64,000 bases of DNA, taken from Bugula neritina. Lineage: Eukaryota > Animalia > Bryozoa. A program made the position numbers and the translations under genes. Below, piece by piece: positions 53,044 to 64,000 of this stretch (its first letter is position 1; each line of letters opens with the position of its first letter). The stretch is from contig OZ037766.1 of NCBI GenBank assembly GCA_964035545.1, positions 2,728,001 to 2,792,000 of the forward strand, given 5' to 3'. Under the pieces are notes generated by a model, which was not told where the DNA came from, did no database searches, and saw only the letters and a program-made list of their open reading frames with translations.

Positions 53044-56000
53044 CTAGAGTTGGTCTGAGTGGAAGATCCATCTCTTACAGACATAGTCAAAGTTATGTGA
53101 CAGCCATTGTTGTTCCAGCATCATGTACCGCTCCCGACACAGGTACAGAGGTTTGCCTCGCCTAAACAGGAAACAGCTGGTGAAGAGATCATAGAGAAGA
53201 TAAAAGTGATTTCTAGTAAATAAAAGCTGAGATTTTTGCTTTAGTTTGTCAGTTGCTTGTAAATAAGAAGAAAATCTGTAGCTTCTGTAGATGTACTCAG
53301 GCAACACAGGAGAACACTTTGCTATTACATTACGTCTTACATAACGCAGATGACTTTTTATCAACAGTAAGGTTTGAGTAACTTGAGGTGAGCTGGCACC
53401 CCCCCCCCTTACTCTGTGGTCAACCCCAGAAGAGAGACTAAGTAGAGAAATGAGCCACAACAACCAGGTCAGAATAATAAATGGAATTACTTGGAACAAT
53501 AATGCGAGGAGATGCAAGTTTCACAGAACATACCACATCAGCAATGGCCACATTAGCATGGCCACATTAGCATGGCCACATTAGCAATGGTCATAAAATA
53601 TTGTTGTATATTCCGTATATAAACCATTTAAATAAAAATTTCTAACTTGCTACACATTTGAGTCAGCTTAAAGCTTTTTTTATAAATAACAAAGATATTT
53701 ATAGCAGTGCTTTAAAATACAAACTTCTATATCTTAAAGTACTGCTAGAGGTATCTGTAGAATGACTTAGACCAATGAGGTTTAAGAGAGACATACTTGA
53801 GATCACGATCCTCTTCGCCGTGCTCATCCAGATAGACTGAGCCCCAGAGAGTGGCTCTCTTCCCTCTAATGATAGCTACGATAGACGCATTGATGTCTAG
53901 TATCACACTGGTCCCCGAGCCACACTGCTTAGAGTGCTACAATCATATCACATTATTACGTAAATATCACCTAGCTGAGAGAAGGTGATTTCATCAGATA
54001 GAAACATCAAACTGCAAGCTTCACTTTCGACAGGGAAATACACAAAGATGAAATCATTTAAACTATATATTATTACAGGTTAGTAACTTCATTACAAATA
54101 AATAAACGATGAAACTTTGTATTCAATACTTTATTTACATAAATCAGTAAAGTTAAAGTCTATTCCTGATGCCACTGTATCCACAGTTAACCCTGAATAT
54201 GGATACAGTGGTATTTAAAATATAATTTTATTTATTTATTTATGTAAATAAAGTAGTAAATCTAAAATTGTTTCTTGTATTTTTAATTCACATGAAGTTA
54301 TCGTCAAATATTTGGCAATTATTAACAGGAAATTAATTGATACAAGCAATAGACTGAGAGTCTCACCGTCACGCCGCTGTGGGCAAGGCAGCAGACCTCC
54401 TTGAAGCAAACAAAGCTGCCACAGATGAGGCAAATAGAAGGTGCCACCGGAGGCTGGGAACACTGCGGGCAGGTCATGTTGCGGTAGTGCTGAAATATTG
54501 TGTCGTATTGAGTGGGCAACTCCAACAGTCGAGGCATGTACCACTTGACTGGACTGGTTAGCAATTCCTGAGAGAGAATACACAGACATAATCTACTCGA
54601 TTGGTAGAAAATATCAGCCTGGCAGACACAGAGAATTTAAACATAACCATTTTAGAAAAAAAGATACTGCCTTTTCATTATAATTGAGAGCATAACTCCA
54701 AATAATGTTGTAAATTTTAACTTCTACCTTAAAATGCAAATAGGAAAAATATAGCTATACTACAATAAGAACCATACTTACAGTTTAAGCAGGAGAAAAC
54801 AACTATAGTCATATCAAATAAACAGAATCAACACCTCGTTCAGTTCCGTTACCGAGATAAGCTTTAGGGTCTTAGCATAGTAAACTAATTATGATGTACA
54901 ATAGAGACATGATGCACCACATTGAATACTAGTCTACAAAGCAGGTTAGCAGAGTTCTTACCATGACAACAGGGCGATTCTTACACGTCATCACAAAGTT
55001 CAGCCATCCTTTGACTATACTGTGAGGATTCTGGTCTAGCCAGTTGAGTGCCTGTTCACTAGGGCTATCAGATGCAGTGTCCTCCTTTATGAGGCCGAGG
55101 TAGGTGCACAGCGTTCTAAACCATTTCTGGCAATCCTGCAGATGATGTAATATAATATGACGAAAAATTCAACTTACCTCCCCTGTCACTACACACACCT
55201 GTCACCAGACACACCTGTCACCGGACACACCTGTAACTAGAATCACCTGTCACTAAACACACCTGTCACCAGACACACCTGTCACTACACACACCTGTCA
55301 CTACACACACCTGTCACTAAACACACCTGTCACTACACACACCTGTCACTACACACACCTGTCACTAAACTCACCTGATTAGCTGGGTCAGCAGAGGGTG
55401 AGCAGCTGCTGCCATCAGGCGCTGACTGAGGAATGTCGGGTCGGGCTGGCAGAGGAGAGTTATACACGTGCTGCCGGAGAGTGGCAGCAAACTCCAGGAA
55501 GGGAAGACAAGAGTTCTGCAGAAAACTCTCCACACTCTGAGGGGACCAGACGCTGCACTCTAGAAACTGCAATTCAAATTCCATTACTTTTATCATTGAG
55601 CTCATTGGAGAGTCGTGTTCTCACAGCACCAACTAGCTCAGCTACATGGAGTGTTTACTAGTTAATATCCAACTGTTCCTTTAAGGATTGGTCTGGTAAT
55701 AAAGAAGATACAATGAAACTGAGCGCTGCTACACAACAGGTGCCGTGGAGGTGATAACTTCTCACTTTCCCCACACATAGTAAATGTAGTGAGGTCTAAA
55801 CTGTAGAAGTATGTAAACCAACGTCATTATGTGTGAGCAATTACGTGTACCATTACTCTTTCACAACATATTATGTTCTGTACTTCAGATAGAATGTTAC
55901 AGTAGTAAAAATTGAAATACAGTCACACAACAAAAACTCGTCAGTGTGATTGTCGCTAGCATATTACTTAAAGTTGTAAAGTGAAGCGATAGAGTATAGC

Positions 56001-59000
56001 ATATTCTCAACCTCTAGAATTCACTGTGGTATCTAGAGGTAAATATACACTGTCTACTTCATACTATAGTTACAGGAAACATTACCGAAGTTGTGGATTC
56101 ATTGGATGGGTAGAAGCCGATAGTTGTCAGCTGTTTGATGATGGTGTGAAGCAGGTGCCCCGAGGTATGCGGGGAGCTGCGTGTTCCCCCCTCCACGCAG
56201 CTCTTCCTAGAGAACGTAGAAGAGAGGCTAGCCTGTCTGCTGCTCATCTCCGGGTGACTAGTTCGTCCTTCTGCTCGGGTACCGGAGGACGATGAGCTGA
56301 GATGTTTGTAAGCTGCGTGTGCGGATTGGCTGGAACGGCCGTGATGTGCGGACGCAGAGTGGCTTTCTGCAGAGTAGCGACTTATCCAAGACTGTCTTTC
56401 ATCCTCGTTGAATTTACAGCTGACGTGGAGAAGGGCTTGCACGTAGGTGAGATTGTACACCGCCGATATTATCCTCTCCAGGTAACCTGCGAGTTAGTAG
56501 GAATACGTGCAGCATGTCTAGACACCCACACAGCTTACCTTCTCACCACCAGCTTGCGGTCCTTCAGGCATGTTTCAGAGAAGCAATAGAAATGTTTACA
56601 CATAGCTGTGAGTGTACATAACATGGTATTAGTGAAAATACTCTCCTATAATTTACATTGTGCTTACACAAGTTACCTCAAAACATAATCTACCAGTAAA
56701 CAGCCAATAAAACTAAATTTAGAGACTCGACTCAATCATTCGACACGAAAGTTGACCCCGACAGAGGTGAAAGTCATTTTAAATGTCAAACCACCATAAG
56801 AACACGACACTTTTACTGCTTATACAGCTGAATGGCCAAGTGAGCGAACTTACCTGCGGACAGCTGAGGGGGCAGGTTCAGGTAGAGCTGTATAAATACA
56901 GTGATAGGATCCCGGAGTAGAAGGGGGATAACCCCCTGGTGCAACACGACACTTGTACTGGTTACGGGCTCCAAGTCTAGCCCCGTCAGCTGGGATAGTA
57001 TATCTAAGGCTTCAGTGCTCTGTCCTTCATACTTTCCAATGTGCTGACTTAAAGTGGAGAGGAGATGAACTGCAACACAGAACCCTGCGTATAGTATGAT
57101 GTAATGACATGACCCTGCGTATAGTATGATGTCATGAGGTATATCTACATACACACAACAGACACACACACATGCACGTCATTATATTACTTATAGTATG
57201 TTATGTCACTGAACACCATTGCTTTAAAACAGCTGAAAAGTTCTTTGTATAAATATGATAGAAAGCAAATCTAAAACCAGGTGGAATTGCTCTTAGCATA
57301 CACCAATTAGCACAGAGCTAAACGAATCCCTTACCGATGGAGGGTTTCCTGCTGGAGACTACTATGTTGTTGGTCTCGTATAGCTGCATGTAGTCGAGGT
57401 TACACCTGGCGGTAGAAAAGAGAAAGTTGGCCATGTCGTAGTGGTTGTCAGCGTGCAGAGACTTCCTTCTCTCGTGAACTACGTTGGACCGCAGACGACT
57501 GATTACTGCACTCAGCTCTCGGTAGTAAATGGAAGACGGCTGAAAGGATTTATGAAACGAGAGGAAATATACGGACAGAGAAGCAGTTTGTTTCAAAGCA
57601 AACAACTCATTATGAGCTTACATTTGTCATGCAGAAATTTGCAGCTTTTTAAAAAAATAAACTCAGCTCCCTTTGGTGTGATGTGAAAGAGGAGGGGCGG
57701 GGCTGAGATACCCTCAACACACAAAAACTCTGAGACAAATTAAATAATGAGAGGAGTGACCAAAGAGACAATGAGCAAGTCAAGTGAAGGAATCGAAGGA
57801 AATAGAAACAATTTTATTATCATCATATATTATTATTACTATATATTATAATAGTTAGTAAGCGGAAAAGCTCACCAGATTGAAGTATGTGACACTCACC
57901 CACTTAGCAGGCTTCTGCAGCAACATGGCGGCGATATCTTTGACACAGAGGACAGGGTCAGCAGGAGGCACAGCCATGACAGGTGATTGGCTGCCGGCTG
58001 GCAGCACAGGAAGTAGTGAATTGGCGAGCTGACGACACAACGGGCAATGGAACTCGTCGCTGGACAGACTCTGTCTATTTCTGGTCTGACTCTAAGAGTG
58101 AATACAGCAAGGGGTGTGATAATAAGGAGTGGATACAGCAAGGGGTGTGATAATAAAGAGTGGATACAGCAAGGGGTGTGATAATAAAGAGTAGATACAG
58201 CAAGGGGTGTGATAATAAGGAGTGGATACAGCAAGGGGAGTGATAATAAGGAGTGGATACAGCAAGGGGTGTGATAATAAGGAGTGGATACAGCAAGGGG
58301 TGTGATAATAAGGAGTGGATACAGCAAGGGGTGTGATAATAAAGAGTGGATACAGCAAGGGGTGTGATGATAAAGAGTAGATACAGCAAGGGGTGTGATA
58401 ATAAGGAGTGGATACAGCAAGGGGTGTGATAATAAGGAGTGGATACAGCAAGGGGTGTGATAATAAAGAGTGGATACAGCAAGGGGTGTGATAATAAAGA
58501 GTAGATACAGCAAGGGGTGTGATAATAAGGAGTGGATACAGCAAGGGGTGTGATAATAAGGAGTGGATACAGCAAGGGGTGTGATAATAAGGAGTGGATA
58601 CAGCAAGGGGTGTGATAATAAGGAGTGGATGCAGCAAGGGGTGTCATAATAAGGAGTGGATACATTAAAGAGTGCTATACCCTGTTCAACCTACAGCTTT
58701 AGTTAAATCAACAGTCAGTTAACTGTATACAGTTATTATTTTCACTCTTGGCTAATCACAAGCTTACTGTTTACTGCTACACGTTTACCCTGGATTTCAG
58801 AAATTAGTGAATTATAAATACTCGGAGAAAGTGATATAAATAAACTCGTAGTCTTACAGTGACGGACTCCTGGTAGGCCTGGAAGCAATCAAGATGGAGG
58901 TAGTGACCGCACGACTGAATGAACACTCCAGTGGCCCGGTCCATCCCGTGGGCGGATACATTGTGATGCTGCCAAGAAATAAACAGAGCAATGAGAGCCG

Positions 59001-62000
59001 GCAGCTTATTAAATTCTCAAAACAGCAACATGTGTTGAGATAATTCAAACAATCAATGTACAGTTTAGAGGAAAGAGAAAAGGAATTCAAACATGTTAAC
59101 ATATTACAAAACTTTACGAAATTTTATATTCTTCCATTTCAAAATATTCTGACTAATAATCCCACTGGGTATTAGCACTGACCCTGTTAGCCGAATTATA
59201 ATTAATTCATTAATTATTTATTTATTATAATTAATTATTTCAGCTATGGTCAACACCCGGTTTCGATGTTTTCAAGGATAACTCCTTCCCATTATATACT
59301 ACAATGTCTCTCACCTTGTCTTTAAACAATGTGTCAAGTTTGCTGTTGACTTTACTGAAGTGAGATGCGAACATCTCTACACTCGCAGCCCCGTCCTGCT
59401 CCATGGGAAGTCTATCCGGCTGAGGGACGGAGCGGGCAAAGTTCAAAACTGTAGACAAACAAAAATGTAGAAATATTTATTACATATAAGCGGCAAAACC
59501 TATGATAATAAGCTAATATGTATTAATACATTTTATGAAATATTGAGATATTCCCCCTAGTTGAACAGCTTAATCTTAGTTTTGGTTGAACAAAAGATTT
59601 ATTTATAAACAAAAGAGAAAAGAATCTGACCACAGGTAGACTGCATGAGAGAGACCATGCCCATGGGTCTCTCGATGGTGGAGGGAGTGGTGGAGGAACA
59701 GATGGAGCACTCGTAGTGTTCTATCACCACGTAGTTACTCTCAGCAGGGTCATCTTCTGTCAACTTCTCAAACTCTGCAGCGTAATATATGTAGGTCACG
59801 TTAATATATGTAGGCCATGTTAATATATGTAGGTCAGGTTAATATATGTAGGCCATGTTAATAGATGTAGGTGAGTATATACTACAGTAGACACTAATTA
59901 CTACAGTAGACACTACATACTACAGTACCACACTACACACTACAGTATAACACTACACAGTACAGTACCACACTACATACTACAGTACCACACTACACAC
60001 TACAGTATAACACTACACAGTACAGTACCACACTACATACTACAGTACCACACTACACACTACAGTATAACACTACACAGTACAGTACCACACTACAGTA
60101 CCACACTACACACTACAGTATAACACTACACAGTACAGTACCACACTACAGTACCACACTACACACTACAGTATAACACTAGAGTACTACTTCACCTTCT
60201 TTGCTCAAAGTCTTCTCAATGTTATCCATAAACTTATTCTGCATTTTATTCATTTTCTCCAGAATCTTCTTTTGCCGCTCCATGGCCTTTTTCTTTTTCC
60301 TGTCAAATGAGATAATGTGAAGGTCACTAATTGGTTAGTGTGAACTACACTTTCCACACACATTTCAAAACTAGGCAGACTTTTAGTCATCAGTTGCCTT
60401 TTCAAAGACCGTTTCACTAGAAGCTTAGAAGTTTACGGAAATATACTCTAGAGATGAGTTGAGAGCATACCTCGCGGACACGGAGTGACTGTCACTAGAG
60501 TTCTTTGGTAAGAGATCATTGTAAACAGACTCAACAACAGACGCGCACTTTGAGCTCTTCGTGCTGAGGGTGTCTAGCACGCGTCCCACAAAGAATGGCC
60601 CATCACCAACAAGACCTGAGCTGTCCACCATTCCGCCTCTCAGTGTGAGAGGAACGTAAGACCCGCTCTGGTCACTCAGTCTATTGTGCAGCTTCATGAG
60701 CAGCGACACCACGCTCTCGTTCACAGTTACCTCCACCTGCTTCACCAGACTCGATGAGCTGCAACAATTCCACAGGTTGAATACACAACAACAATTCCAC
60801 AGGCTGAATACACAACAACAATTTCACAAGTTGAATACACAACAACAATTCCACAAGTTGAATACACAACAACAATTTCACAGGCTGAATACACAACAAC
60901 AATTCCACAGGCTGAATACACAACAACAATTCCACATGTTGAATACATGTTTCAGCATGCAGTACAGTAGAGAACTCAGTGCTCACCTTGAACCTAGTAG
61001 AGGTATAACAGGAGCTGGGGAAGAGATAGTACCAGGTGTGGAGCCTCGTTCTCTGAATCGGGGTATGGACGTGGTCACAGCTACCCCTGTGTGTGAGAAT
61101 GGGCATAATATTACTACTTTAACAAAAAATTAAATCAAATGAATATTCCTTAAAATTGAGAATTGCATCAACGAGATGGCAGAGTTTAGACAGCTATTGA
61201 AGTGAATTTGAACGGAATAAATTGAATGATCACACTTACTGTCAAGAGAAGACAACTAACCAACTGTGAGTCACAAATTTATTATAAAGAGAAGACAACT
61301 AACCAACTGTGAATAACATTTACTATAAAGAGAAGACAACTAACCAGATTGTGAGTCATGGTGACTCTGCCTAGAAAACATATTCTGAATATCCTCATCT
61401 GTCCCTCCTTCTTCTGTGTCCATCTGATCAGAGTCTAACATCTCTTTCTCCAACTTTGAGAGGGGCACCTGCAGAGTGATGGTGCCAACCACGTGCAGGA
61501 AGTTGTCAAGTGTCGACTCATGTGGGAATAAGTTATGACTTGATGCAGTTTGCACCTGCAAGAACAGAGAAATTCCGTAGAAAAGAAAATAGGGTTGGAC
61601 CCGGAACTCTGCCTTAGAAGGTCCGTATGAGACTAGGAGAGGGTTTATCAGAGTTGAACAAAAACTATCTAATTTACTAAAAGCAGCACCAGCTATGACA
61701 ACTTCGTCACCAATGTATATTCATATTTATAATTCAGGAGTACTAGGTGTAGCCTACTAGGTGTGAAAATGCAGGATTGGAGCTTAAATTATGATTACTT
61801 GTTTCACGGGCAGACAACTCCCCATGCTACAAAGTTCTGCTAGAACTAATGCTACTTGAGAATGTCCAAGTTTCTCAACTTACAGCGACTACTCGAAACT
61901 TCTGAATTTAAACATAAAATGTTTATAAACAAAATGAATAAAAAAGAAGACATATTGTTTTAGAGAAAAGGTCACCACTAGCAGTGTGTGTATGTAGAAT

Positions 62001-63268
62001 AACAGAAATTAGAGACTAAAACACCATTGCATATCCCAACATCTCCTGTCAGGTTGTTTTATTTCCTGTGCTAAAACACACAAGTCTTGAAATATTTAAA
62101 AAAAAGGTGAGAAAGCTCTTTAGGATGTGGATGTGACAGATAGGATAACACATAGATAGGATTTATAATACATAGATAGGATAACACATAGATAGGATTT
62201 ATAATACATAGTTAGGATAATACACAGATGGATACTACATAGATAGATATAAAAGTAAACAGAAATAAAAGGGATGACACAGATAAGAACTTACCATTTT
62301 GCTGTCTGAGTCATTCTCGTGCAACATGAGCTGCAGAAGGAATATCGTCAAATAGAGAGAGGGTTCGGTAACTGTGTGCGTTTTCTTGTTCAGCTTCTAC
62401 AATGTAAACAGTTAATAATAAACACATTAAGCATATAGAACTAATATAAAGATATATAATGAATATAAACATATCTAATGAATATGAATATATTTAACTA
62501 GTATTTGCATATAAATCTATTTTTAGTACATCTGACCAAATAATTGTATCAGATGAAGCAAACAAATGTCATACTAATTATTTATTTTTTAGTCTTTAAA
62601 AGAAATTTGGGGGTGGGGGGGAGTTAAAATATTTGTGACGGCAGTAGCAGCACAAAGTCATAATCTGGACTAGACTGCAGTTCTGTAGCTATTGTCAGTT
62701 GAAGAGTATCGGTTGGTGCAGGGAACCCCCTACCTTATGCAGGATGTTAAAGGGTGGTGCGGGGAACCCCCTACCTTATGCAGGATGTTGAAGGGTGGTG
62801 CGGGAACCCCCTACCTTATGCAGGATGTTGAAGCAAAGGTCGAGCAGAGTCTTAGAACGAAGGAGGTTGTAGACGCCGCTGTAAGCTTTCAACGGCTCAG
62901 ACGGGATTCTGAATGGAGGCCACGGCGTTTGTCCTTGCGGGAATGACTTGACGTTTTGAACACTGAAATGAAAAGATAGGGATTAGTTACTAGAGAGAAG
63001 ATAACTCCTGCCCCATGCAATAGCATGTTATATCAGCGAGTTATATCAGCTAAATATAGGCATGTTATAGTAGAAAGAATAACAAAGCAGACGCGACTCA
63101 CAACTCAGTGTATCTGTCCATCGACTGCTGGAATTCCCGACGGTGAACTGTCCTAAGCATAGCGTGCAGCGGGTCATAGTCATTCAGCCATACCTCGGGC
63201 TTTGGGCAATACGTCCCTTGCTGCAACTTTCCATTGACATTGAAACCTGGGGCTTTAAAATCAGCCAC
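53044..63268 (-). CDS. UBR3: E3 ubiquitin-protein ligase UBR3, 3' part (19 exons, about 1113 aa in the window); 5' end lies beyond the right edge
   Basis: Exons 63102-63268, 62815-62962, 62295-62396, 61345-61555, 60987-61080, 60471-60758, 60196-60299, 59631-59774, 59315-59448, 58858-58968, 57900-58091, 57335-57539, 56854-57069, 56086-56486, 55375-55566, 54962-55135, 54367-54567, 53797-53936, 53044-53161. Phases are consistent. Motifs: VADFKAP..LQQGTY.PK.EVW..YDP, AMERQKKIL, split RING-H2 (YECSIC ... QSCGHYLHLDCF ... EFHCPLCRQLANSLLP), CPQC...[44 protein letters not shown].FD. Confidence 0.93.
55180..55378 (-). repeat. 16-bp minisatellite (12 units, CAG|GTGTGTGTAGTGA) amplifying a UBR3 donor
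   Basis: CAG|GT recurs every 16 nt from 55374 (authentic donor) down to 55198. Confidence 0.9.
58094..58664 (-). repeat. 30-bp minisatellite (about 19 units) forming the 3' end of a UBR3 intron
   Basis: Minus-strand unit tattatcacaccccttgctgtatccactcct; the last unit ends ...ttcactcttAG, the acceptor at 58092-58093. Confidence 0.95.
59782..60190. repeat. Two adjacent minisatellites (19-bp taatatatgtaggtcacgt x about 5; about 20-bp tacagtaccacactacacac x about 15) filling a UBR3 intron
   Basis: Intron 59775-60195 consists almost entirely of these two arrays. Confidence 0.9.
60762..60948 (-). repeat. 27-bp minisatellite (about 7 units) abutting a UBR3 acceptor
   Basis: Minus-strand unit gtgtattcagcctgtggaattgttgtt; the last unit ends ttgttgCAG (60759-60761). 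Confidence 0.9.
61244..61358 (-). repeat. Triplicated UBR3 exon end plus donor (41-43-bp unit)
   Basis: TG|GTTAGTTGTCTTCTCTT at 61344 (authentic), 61303 and 61260. Confidence 0.85.
62715..62833 (-). repeat. Triplicated UBR3 exon end plus donor (40-41-bp unit)
   Basis: AACATCCTGCATAAG|GTAGGGGGTTCCC at 62814 (authentic), 62774 and 62733. Confidence 0.9.
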
Positions 63269-63555
63269 CTACAATGCAAGAATAAAAGAAACCCTAAAAA
63301 CACAGCATAAACTTGTTGTAGTCATACCAATGAAAGTAAAAGGGCAGTTGTGGTTACATTACATTATCATAAGCACCAGCTTCAATCAGACACTATATTA
63401 ACTAAGTATGTGAAACTCAACATATGGCTCTATGTTCCTCACTAAGTAGCTATCACAGACTACTCATCATGTTGATTGAGGAAAAACTAAGGAATATGCT
63501 GGCGCTGATTTTGCTATTAGCTATGTCTGTAGCAGGTATGTCACTAGTTCATAGC

Positions 63556-63903
63556 GGAAAGAGAGGAGGAGAGAGAGGGGGAGAGAGGGTGGGAGAGAGT
63601 GTGGGAGAGAGTGTGGGAGAGAGTGTGGGAGAGAGTGAGGGGGAGAGAGGGTGGGAGAGAGTGAGAGGGAGAGAAGGTGGGAGAGAGTGAGGGGGAGAGA
63701 AGGTGGGAGAGAGTGAGAGGGAGAGAGGGTGAGAGAGAGTGAGGGGGAGAGAAGGTGGGAGAGAGTGAGGGGGAGAGAGGGTGGGAGAGAGTGAGGGGAA
63801 GAGAGGGTGGGAGAGAGTGAGGGGGAGAGAGGGTGGGAGAGAGAGGGGGAGAGAAGGTGGGAGAGAGTGAGGGGGAGAGAGAGGGGGAAAGGGAGGGAGA
63901 GAA
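63556..63903. repeat. Polypurine/polypyrimidine minisatellite (gagagggtgggagagagtgaggggga-like)
   Basis: About 350 bp of almost only G/A with sparse T, in a UBR3 intron. Confidence 0.9.
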
Positions 63904-64000
63904 ACTTATGACTGAAAAAACAATAACACAATCTAGAAAGTTTTCAATGCTTAGTTTAAAATATTTAAATGCATTCTGTAACTTGCCCAAATAAATCGTT

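Noticed and set aside
54172-54211. 12-bp-stem hairpin (ccactgtatcca/tggatacagtgg) as a miRNA or structured RNA
   Set aside because: Stem too short for a pre-miRNA; more likely a small TE remnant or chance.
57896-58665. Three overlapping 181-236-aa ORFs
   Set aside because: Readings of a 30-bp intronic repeat; the real exon starts at 58091.
60681-61133. QQQFHRLNT repeat ORF and its antisense ORFs
   Set aside because: Product of the 27-bp intronic repeat plus off-frame UBR3 exons.
63424-63990. Ser/Pro/Leu-rich ORFs and a signal-peptide-like 88-aa ORF
   Set aside because: Derived from the polypurine repeat, low complexity, inside a UBR3 intron.

Overview
AT-rich, gene-dense eukaryotic genomic DNA from an animal, probably an invertebrate; the species cannot be established from the sequence. 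I reconstructed spliced genes by hand from GT-AG sites and reading-frame phase. (1) At 1-120 (-) is the 5' coding end of a probable mitochondrial short-chain acyl-CoA synthetase-like gene, head-to-head with (2) a complete FKBP4/5-type immunophilin (+, 9 coding exons, about 438 aa). (3) An uncharacterised type I membrane receptor follows (-, 13 exons, about 735 aa), with two atypical C-type lectin domains, a mucin stalk and a long signalling-type tail. (4) Next is a complete ADAMTS2/3/14-clade metalloprotease (+, 21 exons, about 1412 aa) with a large mucin insert before PLAC. (5) A class C, mGluR-like GPCR (-, 5 exons, about 969 aa) has an altered ligand pocket. (6) The last 19 exons of UBR3 (-) run off the right edge. 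Non-coding DNA holds tRNA-derived SINEs, a foldback MITE nested in a SINE, a small dispersed TIR element and many micro/minisatellites. The most striking pattern is that many minisatellites sit on splice junctions. At least five donor sites are tandemly amplified 3-14 times together with the last exonic bases, including the HEIGH zinc-site codons of the ADAMTS. Several acceptor or polypyrimidine tracts are amplified too. Every duplicated donor checked would give a stop or frameshift if used.
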